Below, one piece after another: positions 10,066-19,152 of a stretch of DNA of 64,000 nt. The first letter of the stretch is position 1, and every line of letters begins with the position of its first letter. Both the position numbers and the translations under genes were made by a program. Below the pieces are notes generated by a model. The model had not been told where the DNA came from. It ran no database searches and saw only the letters and a list, made by a program, of their open reading frames with translations. The stretch is from Bacteroidota bacterium (GTDB lineage: Bacteria; Bacteroidota; Ignavibacteria; UBA10030; JAZGDE01), in the NCBI GenBank assembly GCA_036477295.1, contig JAZGDE010000046.1, positions 13,135-77,134 of the forward strand, read 5' to 3'.

Positions 10066-10112
10066 TTCGTGAGAGTCTCTTCGTTGATTCTTGGTGAATT
10101 CTTGCCTACATT

Positions 10113-10973
10113 ATGTCAGTTTTTCCACGGAAGATCTTGATGACGAGAACAATCCGATTCGGACACAGTCCCGATCCTGATGACGCCTTCATGTTCTACG
10201 GAATCGCTTTGGGACAAGTGTCACTCGACGATATCCACATTGAACATCTGCTCGAAGACATTCAATCGCTCAACCAGCGAGCGCTGAGGGGTGAGCTGGA
10301 AGTCACAGCAATTTCCGCCCACGCGTATGCGTACGTCGCCGACCGGTACTGGGTCATGAAAACCGGAGCAAGTATGGGAGAGGGATACGGCCCAGTCATG
10401 GTCTCTCGGCATTTCCGCACGGTCGAAGATCTCCATGGTAAGTTGGTTGGAACACCTGGCCCTCTCACCACGGCGACGCTGCTTTTCAAACTCTTCACCG
10501 AGAAGATGGACAACGTCGATCTGCCGTTCGACGACATCCTGCGAGCGCTCGAGGAGGACCAGATCGATGCCGGGGTGCTCATCCACGAAGGACAAATTAC
10601 CTACGAAGCGAGCGGCCTGCACAAAATCCTTGACTTCGGGGAGGTCTGGAACGTCCAGACCGGCGGTCGTCCGCTTCCACTCGGACTCGATGTCGTCCGG
10701 AAAGATCTGGGTGACCAGCTCGCCGGTCAGCTCTCTTCCGCGCTTCGGCGCAGCATCGAATACGGGTACGAGCATCAGGAGGAAGCAGTGGAGTATGCCC
10801 TACGGTATGGCCGCGGAATCGACAAAGATCTCTGCAGGCGGTTCATTAAGATGTACGTGAATGAGCTTACGGTGGATATGGGTAAGGCTGGTCAAGAATC
10901 GCTCGAGGAGCTTTACACTCGTGCCTACCAGAAGGGCCTGATTCCCCTCAAGCCGATACTCCGAATCTGCTGA
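10113..10973 (+). CDS. mqnD: MqnA/MqnD-family menaquinone (futalosine pathway) protein, MqnD-like (1,4-dihydroxy-6-naphthoate synthase candidate)
   Basis: Motif IRFGHSPDPDDAFMFYGI resembles the MqnD SPCPNDTF N-terminus; periplasmic-binding-protein-like fold. Probable true start at M10 (position 10140). Confidence 0.6.
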   Translation: MSVFPRKILMTRTIRFGHSPDPDDAFMFYGIALGQVSLDDIHIEHLLEDIQSLNQRALRGELEVTAISAHAYAYVADRYWVMKTGASMGEGYGPVMVSRHFRTVEDLHGKLVGTPGPLTTATLLFKLFTEKMDNVDLPFDDILRALEEDQIDAGVLIHEGQITYEASGLHKILDFGEVWNVQTGGRPLPLGLDVVRKDLGDQLAGQLSSALRRSIEYGYEHQEEAVEYALRYGRGIDKDLCRRFIKMYVNELTVDMGKAGQESLEELYTRAYQKGLIPLKPILRIC

Positions 10974-11039
10974 ATTTTTCTCCCGCCGTCAGTACACTCT
11001 TCCGTCGACAACTCAACTCGTTGATGAAGAGCGGATTGC

Positions 11040-12131
11040 TCAAGCCGCCTCGACGTCGTCGAAGACGCGCAAGATCTGGTAGAGGGTCGTCCGCTGTGCT
11101 GGCACAAATCCTGCCTCACGAATCAGTGCAATCACTTCCTCAACGTTCGTCTTATTGACGAAGTTCGCAGCCGCATGGACGTTCTCTTCATACAGAGTTC
11201 CACCGAAATCATCAGCCCCGAAGTGGAGACCTATCTGCCCAGCTTTCTTTCCCTCTGAGAACCACGAAGCCTGAATGTGCGGAAAGTTGTCAAGATAGAT
11301 GCGCGCGAGAGCAAGAATCTGCATGTATCGTGTAGACGTTGCGTAGTGAGGAATAATTTTTTCTAGCGGTGTATTGCCTGGCTTGAAGCTCCACGGCACG
11401 AACGCGGTAAACCCCCAGGTCTCGTCCTGCAGCTGTCGGATGCTCTCGAGATGCTGGATGATGTCCTCATATGTCTCGATATGACCGTACATCATCGTCG
11501 CAGTTGTCTTAAACCCAATCCGATGTGCCTCACGCATGACGTTGAGCCAGTCCTCCGAGGTTCCTTTCTTGAAACTAATTTTCTTCTTCACACGATTGGA
11601 GAGGATCTCCGCTCCGCCACCCGGTATCGTGCGAAGTCCAGCATCCCACAATCGCTGCAGCACGCCCCGGACCATCAGACCCGAGACTTCGGACATCCCG
11701 ATGATTTCAGATGTCGAGAAGAAATGCGGGTGAATCTCTGGAACCTCCTCCACTGTTCGACGAACTAAGTCGATGTAGTAATCGAACGGCAACGCAGGAT
11801 TAACCCCTCCCTGGAGCAGTACCGTCGTCACTCCTTTCACTGCAGACTCCTTGAACTTCTGGATCATGTGGTCCACGGTGTAGGTGTACTCACCCTTTTC
11901 TCCTGGATGTCGATAGAATGCACAGAAGATGCAATCGACATTGCAGATGTTCGTGTAGTTGGGGTTTGTATCGACCGCGAACGTCACCCACGGCTTGGGA
12001 TTCTTCTGGTAGCGGATCTCCTTCGCCAACTCACCGAGGTCAAGCAGTTCCGCTTCCTGAAGAAGGGTTAATCCTTCTTCTGAAGAAATCCTCTCACCGG
12101 TTCGAACTTTCTTGAGAATATCTCTTACCAT
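11040..12131 (-). CDS. mqnC: Radical SAM futalosine-pathway enzyme, MqnC-like (cyclic dehypoxanthinyl futalosine synthase) or second MqnE-type
   Basis: 363 aa. CNVDCIFCAF (CxxxCxxC) radical-SAM motif. MqnC/MqnE family architecture (GGAEIL..., MMYGHIET). Confidence 0.75.
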   Translation of the reverse strand: MVRDILKKVRTGERISSEEGLTLLQEAELLDLGELAKEIRYQKNPKPWVTFAVDTNPNYTNICNVDCIFCAFYRHPGEKGEYTYTVDHMIQKFKESAVKGVTTVLLQGGVNPALPFDYYIDLVRRTVEEVPEIHPHFFSTSEIIGMSEVSGLMVRGVLQRLWDAGLRTIPGGGAEILSNRVKKKISFKKGTSEDWLNVMREAHRIGFKTTATMMYGHIETYEDIIQHLESIRQLQDETWGFTAFVPWSFKPGNTPLEKIIPHYATSTRYMQILALARIYLDNFPHIQASWFSEGKKAGQIGLHFGADDFGGTLYEENVHAAANFVNKTNVEEVIALIREAGFVPAQRTTLYQILRVFDDVEAA

Positions 12132-12221
12132 CGTACCTCTCGCCTGAGATGGAGATGTCGGACATTCTTCATTCTCTTCCCCGCTCTCTTTTTTGATGCT
12201 CGATGTCAGGAGTCAGTGTCG

Positions 12222-14222
12222 TCAGGGGCGAGCAACCGACTCAACCTCTTCCACCAGGCGCCGGAAGACCCGCATCGCCTTGCGTTCTCGTTCACCGAGG
12301 TGGTAGTTGAAGCCCTCAAGATACTCGATTACTTCTGCCGGTGAAAGTCCGACCTGCTTTCCGTTCAGCCACAGAGTCCTATTCCGACCCTGTTCTCCCT
12401 CCAAGGCTTGAGCAGAGACGAAATTGCCCGCCGCATTGATGGCGGACCTTCGGTCCGCGAAATGTAAGTCGGATCGTTGTTCTGACACAATGATGTCGGA
12501 TCTTCGACCTTCAGCGAAGAAATCCTCCTCTGCCTTCGCGAGCGACGTTTCGATGATCTGTGCCAACTCCACTTTCGTCTCAGCAGGCAGCGATTTCTTC
12601 ACTGCCCAGACCGCAAAGACAAATGGGAGCTTTTGCCATTCATACCACTCCTTCGCGAGGTCGAAGACGAGCTCGAATCCCTCGAGTCCGAATTTGTTCC
12701 TGCGCAGTGCATCGTCACCGATGAGCAACACAGCGTCATACTTCGAGTATTCATTGACTCCCGAATGCATCCGTTCAAGGTTTGCCTCCACTCCGTATTT
12801 CTTTTCTAAGAGGATCTTGAGGAGTTTTACCGATGTTGCAGTCTCGTCGGTGATCCCGATGAGCTTCCCGTGGAGGTCACCCCAGCCATAGTTAGAAAAA
12901 AGCATGACACTTTTCACCTGATCGCGGGTAGCGATACACCAGCTCATCAGTTCGAGGTGATGTTCCTGCTGAAAATAGTCGATGAGAGAGAACAAACCGG
13001 CGTCGATCTGACCTTGGGAGGAGAGCATACCCATTCGTCTCGGTGCAATCGGGAGAATTTTGAATTGCCTGCGTTCGAAGTGCTGGTAGTACGGCACCGA
13101 GTTCAGGTATGGAATTTTCCCGATCACGTTATCCGTGTAGACATTCAGCGGGTTGTAATACACATCGCGCTCAACGGGGATTTTGCCTGCATCCCGGATG
13201 ATGTTGAGGATCTGGTCCTTCGCAAGCTTCATCGGGCTGATCGCACCAGCGTCGTGTGCGATGTGCTCCTCGCCAACCGTGCCATCCATATCGTCGGCAC
13301 CGAAGTTGAGCGCGATCGCCGCCACCTCCTCTGTGAGCATGACCCAGTAGGCTTTGATGTGCGGGAAGTTATCCAGCATCAGGCGAGAAATCGCAATCGT
13401 CTTCAGATCATCGATGGCCGAGGTGAACTGGGAACGTGCTTTGATTCCGGTGTCGCCGGGCTGGAACGCCAGCGGAATGAAGGTCAAGAATCCGCCGGTC
13501 TCATCCTGCAACTCCCGAAGTTTAATCATGTGCTCGATGCGTTCTTCAATCGTTTCGATATGACCGTAGAGCAATGTTGCGTTGGTCGGGATCCCCATCC
13601 GGTGAGCGGTCCGATGAATGTCCAACCACACCTTCGCGCCAATTTTTTGATTGAAGAGCAGCCGACGGACTCGTTCCGAGAATACCTCCGCACCACCTCC
13701 GGGCATCGTTCGCAATCCTGCCTCCTTCAACTGCAGGAGGACTTCCTCGATCGGCATTTTGAACTTCTTATGGTAGAAGTCAATCTCAACGGCAGTAAAC
13801 GCTTTGATATCGATGTTCGGAAACGAGGCCTTAATCGAGCGAAGAATACCCAGATACTGTTCCCATGGCCAGTCGGGCGGCATGCCGCCCGTGATTTGAA
13901 CCTCGTGCAAGTCCGGAGTGAGCTTAGAAAGAATTTCCTCCTGTGTCATCTCGTAGGCATCCGGCTGATCGCGCTTCGTTGCAAAGTCGCAGAACTTGCA
14001 GGCGAGCACACAGATGTTTGTAGGCTCGATCTTGCGGTTCAGGACAAAGTACACGGCATCGCCGCTCTTCAAGCGCTGGACGGCTTGAGCCATTTTGCCA
14101 AGCGAGATGATGTCCTGTGTCGCGTAGAGTGCCACACCGTCTTCCAGCGTCAGGCGCTCGTCGACTTGCACTTTCTCCCAGATGGGGATGAGATTGCGGT
14201 CACGAAAGGCAAGGTTGCTCAT
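12222..14222 (-). CDS. Fusion protein: N-terminal radical SAM MqnE-like (aminofutalosine synthase) domain plus C-terminal MqnA-like (chorismate dehydratase) domain
   Basis: 666 aa. The N-terminal ~350 aa has CVLACKFCDF and MqnE/MqnC-family blocks (GGAEVF, LLYGHIETIEE). The C-terminal ~290 aa has MqnA hallmarks: GKIPYLNSVPYY, LPIAPRRMGMLSSQGQIDAGLFSLIDY, PFVFAVWAV. Confidence 0.8.
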   Translation of the reverse strand: MSNLAFRDRNLIPIWEKVQVDERLTLEDGVALYATQDIISLGKMAQAVQRLKSGDAVYFVLNRKIEPTNICVLACKFCDFATKRDQPDAYEMTQEEILSKLTPDLHEVQITGGMPPDWPWEQYLGILRSIKASFPNIDIKAFTAVEIDFYHKKFKMPIEEVLLQLKEAGLRTMPGGGAEVFSERVRRLLFNQKIGAKVWLDIHRTAHRMGIPTNATLLYGHIETIEERIEHMIKLRELQDETGGFLTFIPLAFQPGDTGIKARSQFTSAIDDLKTIAISRLMLDNFPHIKAYWVMLTEEVAAIALNFGADDMDGTVGEEHIAHDAGAISPMKLAKDQILNIIRDAGKIPVERDVYYNPLNVYTDNVIGKIPYLNSVPYYQHFERRQFKILPIAPRRMGMLSSQGQIDAGLFSLIDYFQQEHHLELMSWCIATRDQVKSVMLFSNYGWGDLHGKLIGITDETATSVKLLKILLEKKYGVEANLERMHSGVNEYSKYDAVLLIGDDALRRNKFGLEGFELVFDLAKEWYEWQKLPFVFAVWAVKKSLPAETKVELAQIIETSLAKAEEDFFAEGRRSDIIVSEQRSDLHFADRRSAINAAGNFVSAQALEGEQGRNRTLWLNGKQVGLSPAEVIEYLEGFNYHLGERERKAMRVFRRLVEEVESVARP

Positions 14223-14243
14223 GCTGCGTTCATATATCTTAGA

Positions 14244-14483
14244 TTAGCCCCAAACAAAAACCCCGCCGATGATGAAACCACTCCAGAACCGAATTTGACC
14301 TCCCGATGAAACCAATCCGCGACGCTCAGCCCATACGCCGCATTGGACCCAAAATCCTCGGTCTACCACTCCGGAACACAATGTTGGGCTGAAACCAGTT
14401 GAAAAGAAGCCATGGATCCAGTTCGTGTAACCCGTGATGCCGATGGAGAATGCCAGTGGTACGATGTAAAAGATCATATACAT
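14244..14483 (-). CDS. Possible small hydrophobic (membrane) protein inside the mqn operon
   Basis: 79-aa ORF with two hydrophobic segments (MYMIFYIVPLAFSIGITGY..., GFIIGGVFVWG) in the 430-bp gap between ubiD and the mqnE-mqnA fusion. No family recognised. Confidence 0.3.
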   Translation of the reverse strand: MYMIFYIVPLAFSIGITGYTNWIHGFFSTGFSPTLCSGVVDRGFWVQCGVWAERRGLVSSGGQIRFWSGFIIGGVFVWG

Positions 14484-14650
14484 CGCGAAGGCGATGGCAA
14501 ACCAGTTCCACTGAAACTTACTCCCCCCAACCCGACGGTTGTACTGCTGCAGCCATAACGCGCCTTCTTGATTGTGGATTGTGAATCGTAGAAAATCATC
14601 ACGATTACGTTAAACCATGTTGTGAGAGGAACAATGGCGTTTCGTCAGTG

Positions 14651-16468
14651 TTACTTCCAGTATGAATCCCAACGCTCATCGACACGCTTCGTGATTTTCT
14701 CTGTCATCACCAACGACTCGGGATACCCTTTTTTCCACGTCGCGTCGATCCCCAGAATGCCTTTGTAGACTGGCGAGATTCCTGTGGTTCCCGACGGCAG
14801 ACGCGGGAGTTTCTGCTCCGAGAACAAGACGTCGCGCTCGCAATCGAAACGGGTGAAAATCCCCCAGATGTAACTTACCGAGTCGTGCAAGTCCACATCC
14901 TCACTCACGGCGGCAATGATCCTCAAAGCCTGAAGCTCTTTTTTCCGAACGAGCTTTTCGACGACCGTCCGTCCGTCCTTCCGCACTTTCACCAGCAAGA
15001 GAGTTTCCTCAACAAGATTTGTCTCGACAATCCTTCGGTCGAACTGTTTGAGATGAGAAATCCCGGACTGGAGGGCTCTTCGTTTTCGCGCTTCCGATTC
15101 CGGGTCTCTCGCTCTTCCACCTCGTTGTTTGCGGGTCGCGTCGATTACCATCTTGCTCCCAAGCTCCATTGTGTAGCTCGTGAAATCAAGAGTGTCGAGC
15201 GGCACCTTGGGAATCAGAACAAAATCATAATGCGGATCGAAGTGATCTCGGATCTCCCGGAGTACGGTTTGCCAGTCCTTCGGGTCGATTTCCGATGAAA
15301 CGAGAACGGCGCACTTCGTCAGCGACAACTGTCCCTCGCCCATCAACCCGAGCGCTGCTTTCATCGCTTCCTTCTGATACCGCTCTTCCACCGACACGAC
15401 GAGCAGGTTGTGGAATCCCGCTTCGTAATACGCCCAAAGGCTTCGTACCTCTCGATGCACCAACCGAATGAGTGGACCAAGAATCTGCTGGGTTGCGTCA
15501 CCCAGATACTTATCCTCCATCGGAGGTTTCCCAACGATCGTCGCCGGATAGATTGGGCTCTTCCTCCTTGTTATTCCCTTAAGATGGAACACCGGGAACC
15601 GCGCTGCATGAGAATAATGCCCGAAATGGTCACCGTACGGACCCTCCATCCTCCGCTTCTTTGGGGGGACGATACCCTCAAGGACGAACTCCGCGTTCGC
15701 AGGCACGTCAATCGAGATGAACTGACCCCTTGTCATCGGTATTCGCTTCCCTCGCAGGAAGGAAGCAAACATCACCTCGTCCATTCCTTCTGGCAGTGCG
15801 GCGACCGTCGCAATCAGCAGCGCGGGATCCGTGCCGAGAGCCACTGCCACTTCGAGGGGCTTGCCGAGCTTCTCTGCCTGGAAGTAATGAAACCCACCTC
15901 CCTTCTGAATCTGCCAGTGCATGCCGGTACTCTGCTTGTCATACACGTGCAGACGATAGATACCAACGTTGCGCATTTTGCTGAGTGGATCCTCCGTGAT
16001 CACCTGGCCGAGCGTGAGGAACCGTCCGCCATCCTTCGGCCAACAGAACTGAATGGGCAACGCATCGAGGTCGGGTGATTCGGAGACTTCCTGAGCTATC
16101 CCCATCTTGACGCGCTTCGGTCGGGCACTGAGCAGTCGCCTTACGATCGTCCGATGTTCGAAAAGAACGTTGAGCTTCGGTGGGATGATTCGATCAAAAA
16201 ACGTGATGAGCTCCTCGCCGATCCTCTCCGGATGTTTTCCGAGCGCAAGCTCAACGCGTCGCTCACTTGCCAGAACGTTCATCGCGACGGGGAAGCGAGA
16301 GTTCTTCACTTTTTCAAAGAGCACTGCGGGCCGACGCTCTTCCAAAGCGCGAACCGCAATTTCCGTCATCTCAAGATGTGGATCAACCTCAACTTTAACT
16401 CTGTGGAGCTCTCCAATCGATTCCAGATAACGAACAAATTCGCCAAGGGCAGGAAAAGTCATCCGCAT
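14651..16468 (-). CDS. ubiD: UbiD-family decarboxylase (menaquinone-pathway MqnL-type / 3-polyprenyl-4-hydroxybenzoate decarboxylase family)
   Basis: 605 aa, UbiD family throughout (GGRFLTLGQVITEDP, GPYGDHFGHYS). Confidence 0.85.
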   Translation of the reverse strand: MRMTFPALGEFVRYLESIGELHRVKVEVDPHLEMTEIAVRALEERRPAVLFEKVKNSRFPVAMNVLASERRVELALGKHPERIGEELITFFDRIIPPKLNVLFEHRTIVRRLLSARPKRVKMGIAQEVSESPDLDALPIQFCWPKDGGRFLTLGQVITEDPLSKMRNVGIYRLHVYDKQSTGMHWQIQKGGGFHYFQAEKLGKPLEVAVALGTDPALLIATVAALPEGMDEVMFASFLRGKRIPMTRGQFISIDVPANAEFVLEGIVPPKKRRMEGPYGDHFGHYSHAARFPVFHLKGITRRKSPIYPATIVGKPPMEDKYLGDATQQILGPLIRLVHREVRSLWAYYEAGFHNLLVVSVEERYQKEAMKAALGLMGEGQLSLTKCAVLVSSEIDPKDWQTVLREIRDHFDPHYDFVLIPKVPLDTLDFTSYTMELGSKMVIDATRKQRGGRARDPESEARKRRALQSGISHLKQFDRRIVETNLVEETLLLVKVRKDGRTVVEKLVRKKELQALRIIAAVSEDVDLHDSVSYIWGIFTRFDCERDVLFSEQKLPRLPSGTTGISPVYKGILGIDATWKKGYPESLVMTEKITKRVDERWDSYWK

Positions 16469-16563
16469 TCATTGTTCACACTGACCTCACAGACCTGTCG
16501 TCAGGCGTCTGCGCTCGTCGCATCTGAGGACAAACAGCCTCATCTGCGCAGCGTGCGGAGATT

Positions 16564-17115
16564 TCATTCCAGTTCTCCGGAGCGCCAGCCCTTCGATGAT
16601 CTCACGCCGATCACCCCCATGACTTTATCGACAAAGGCTTTCACATATTCTTCGACCGTTTTCGGCACGAAGTACAACGGCGGTGCTATCGGCATAATGA
16701 TCGCACCGTCGCGCGAGAGCAACGCACACTGTTCGAGCGATGTCGTCGACATCGGCGTTTCGCGGACACACAGGACCAACTTATACCGTTCTTTCAATGC
16801 AACCTGCGCAGTTCGGGTGATCAACGTATCTCCGATCCCCGAAGCGATTTTTCCAATCGTACCGGTCGAGCACGGGATAATAACACACGCATCAAACCGA
16901 TTCGATCCTGAAGCAAGCGGTGCAGTCAAATCCTCGTCAGAAAACTGGCGCTTCACGTACTGGTGCAAGTCTTTGTCGGTCATCCGGAGCTCATCTTTCA
17001 GCAAGACTTTTCCCCACTTGCTGACGACAAGGAATTTATCCGGCGGGCACTGTTTCAGAAATTCCACGGCGTAGATCGCGCCGGAACAGCCGGTGATGCC
17101 CACGACGGTTCTCAC
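16564..17115 (-). CDS. ubiX: UbiX-family flavin prenyltransferase
   Basis: Flavoprotein fold VVGITGCSGAIYAVEFLK. Start assigned to GTG at 17115, which overlaps the ubiA TGA stop (GTGA). The ORF-track ORF extends further upstream without a Met. Confidence 0.8.
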   Translation of the reverse strand: MRTVVGITGCSGAIYAVEFLKQCPPDKFLVVSKWGKVLLKDELRMTDKDLHQYVKRQFSDEDLTAPLASGSNRFDACVIIPCSTGTIGKIASGIGDTLITRTAQVALKERYKLVLCVRETPMSTTSLEQCALLSRDGAIIMPIAPPLYFVPKTVEEYVKAFVDKVMGVIGVRSSKGWRSGELE

Positions 17116-17954
17116 ACCCACAGTACTCCCACGAAGACCATCCCGAACACGACGAATCCGAGCGCCGCATTGATCTTGAAGAACGCTAGCTCGACTTCTG
17201 CAGCTCGCCTCTGTTCCAGATAGAGCAGCCAGCCAGTGATCAGAAGGAGTGGTACCGCAATCAACACTTTGATATGATAGAAATAGAGAACCACAAGAAC
17301 TGCGTACGCCAGCCCATGAATCCACGCAGACACGGCGAGCGCGCGCTTCCGGCCAAGGTGCGCAACGAGCGAATGGAGATTCTCCTTCCGGTCAAAATCC
17401 TCATCGAGTATCGCATAGATAATGTCGAAACCGCTCACCCAGAGCAGTGTAAACGTCGAGAGAAGCGCTCCAGGCAACAGGTCGTCAAACGATTGCTTGA
17501 CCGCAAACCAGCCTCCGAGCGGAGCCATGGCCAACCCGAGTCCCACACCGAAATGCGCAAGGCGCGTGAACCGCTTCATGTACGGATACCCCACAAAAAT
17601 GATCAGCGGGATGGGTGAGAGCAAAAGCGTAAAGCTTGAAATCGCGTACGCAGCGAGAAAATAGAGCGTAAGTCCCAAGAGGAGAACAACCAATGCTTCC
17701 ACCGTCGTCATCCGTCCAGCGGGCAGCTCACGGTTGGCAGTCCGAGGATTCCGACGGTCGATTTCACGATCGATAATTCGATTGAGTGTCAGAGCAACGA
17801 TCCGGGCCCCAACTCCGGCGACGAACACGAGGCCAAGTAGCTTCAGGGAAGGAATCGCCTTCGATGCTAGGAACACACCGCTGTAGATCAGGGGCAGAGA
17901 AAAGAGCGTGTGTTCGACCTTGATAAAATTGAAGTATTTTCTTAACAGCAACAA
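17112..17954 (-). CDS. ubiA: UbiA-family polyprenyltransferase (menaquinone-pathway MqnP-type)
   Basis: 280 aa, multi-TM, UbiA Asp-rich motifs (NRIIDREIDRRNPRTANR, DIIYAILDEDFD). Confidence 0.85.
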   Translation of the reverse strand: MLLLRKYFNFIKVEHTLFSLPLIYSGVFLASKAIPSLKLLGLVFVAGVGARIVALTLNRIIDREIDRRNPRTANRELPAGRMTTVEALVVLLLGLTLYFLAAYAISSFTLLLSPIPLIIFVGYPYMKRFTRLAHFGVGLGLAMAPLGGWFAVKQSFDDLLPGALLSTFTLLWVSGFDIIYAILDEDFDRKENLHSLVAHLGRKRALAVSAWIHGLAYAVLVVLYFYHIKVLIAVPLLLITGWLLYLEQRRAAEVELAFFKINAALGFVVFGMVFVGVLWV

Positions 17955-18117
17955 CGCGAACCGGGTTGGACGGGGTTGGAATCAGTCCACAAGTCCTCCA
18001 CCCGCTTCCGACCGCACAGGGCTTCGTCTGGACTGATGAAATCAAGCACTCTTGGGCATTTCAAACGTTCGGCAATATACGGCAAATCGCTAAGTTTGTC
18101 AAGGAAGGAATCGATCA

Positions 18118-19089
18118 TTATAGCAAGGCTTTCAAACCTCTCATATCCACGTTTCCACCCGAGATGACTGCACACATCGTCTTTCCGGATATGCTCAACT
18201 TGTTTTTGGAAAGTGCCGCTGCGGCAACTGCCCCCGTAGGTTCGACGAGTGTCTTCGTACGTTCGAGGAAGAATTGCATCATCGCGATCACGTCGTCGTC
18301 GGACACCGTAATGATATCATCAACGAATTGTCGGATGATCTCGAAATTCAGTGAACCGAGCGAAAGCGGTCGGATACCGTCCGCGATGGTGTCGGCCCGG
18401 TCAATCCGGATGATCTTCCCTGCACGGAACGATTGGTACGCATCGTTTGCGTGTTCCGTTTCTACCCCAATCACTTTGACGGTCGGCTTTAACCGCTTCG
18501 CGGCGATGGAGCTCCCTGCGATCAATCCTCCACCGCCTACTGGTACAAGAAGATACTCGAGGTTTGGCAGCTCCTGCAGAATCTCCAACCCCACTGTGCC
18601 TTGCCCAGCAATGACCTTCGGGTCGTCGTACGGATGGACCAGCACATATCCGTACCGGGCCTGCAGCTCCGCTGTCAGTCGTGCTCGGTCATCAAACTCC
18701 TTCCCGCAGAAGACAACCTCTGCACCGTAGGTGCGCGTCGCTTCCACCTTGCTCAACACCGAATCTTCCGGCATTACCACCACCGCCCGGACACCGAGCA
18801 GCTTTGATGCCAAGGCAACACCTTGCGCATGATTACCCGATGAGTGGGCGATAACACCTCGTCGCTTCTCGGCCGCATTGAGGGAGGAAATTTTGTTGTA
18901 CGCACCGCGGAATTTGAACGCACCGATCCGCTGAAAATTTTCCGCTTTGAACCAGACCTCGCTACCAGTGAGACGGTTAAACGTCGAGGAGTGCAGAAGC
19001 GGCGTCCGGTGCGCAACGCCATCAAGAGTGCGAGATGCCTGCTGTATCTCGTCAAACGTGACCATCGGCGGTCCGGAGGATGGGTTCAA
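18118..19089 (-). CDS. PLP-dependent threonine/serine dehydratase (IlvA/TdcB short form, no ACT domain)
   Basis: 323 aa. FKFRGAYNK (PLP lysine), SSGNHAQGVALA, GGGGLIAG. Confidence 0.7.
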   Translation of the reverse strand: MNPSSGPPMVTFDEIQQASRTLDGVAHRTPLLHSSTFNRLTGSEVWFKAENFQRIGAFKFRGAYNKISSLNAAEKRRGVIAHSSGNHAQGVALASKLLGVRAVVVMPEDSVLSKVEATRTYGAEVVFCGKEFDDRARLTAELQARYGYVLVHPYDDPKVIAGQGTVGLEILQELPNLEYLLVPVGGGGLIAGSSIAAKRLKPTVKVIGVETEHANDAYQSFRAGKIIRIDRADTIADGIRPLSLGSLNFEIIRQFVDDIITVSDDDVIAMMQFFLERTKTLVEPTGAVAAAALSKNKLSISGKTMCAVISGGNVDMRGLKALL

Positions 19090-19152
19090 ACTGCACGCTA
19101 GACTTCAAGGAGGAGTACCGGGACGGCATCATCATGAGGACCTCATGACTTC

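Noticed and set aside
12870-14309. 479-aa plus-strand ORF
   Set aside because: Antisense to the MqnE-MqnA fusion, which has strong family signatures. Spurious long ORF of the kind common in GC-rich DNA.
16154-17074. 306-aa plus-strand ORF
   Set aside because: Overlaps ubiD and ubiX on the opposite strand. No recognisable domain.
17966-18730. 254-aa plus-strand ORF
   Set aside because: Antisense to the threonine/serine dehydratase gene. Ser/Thr/Ala-rich low-complexity translation.
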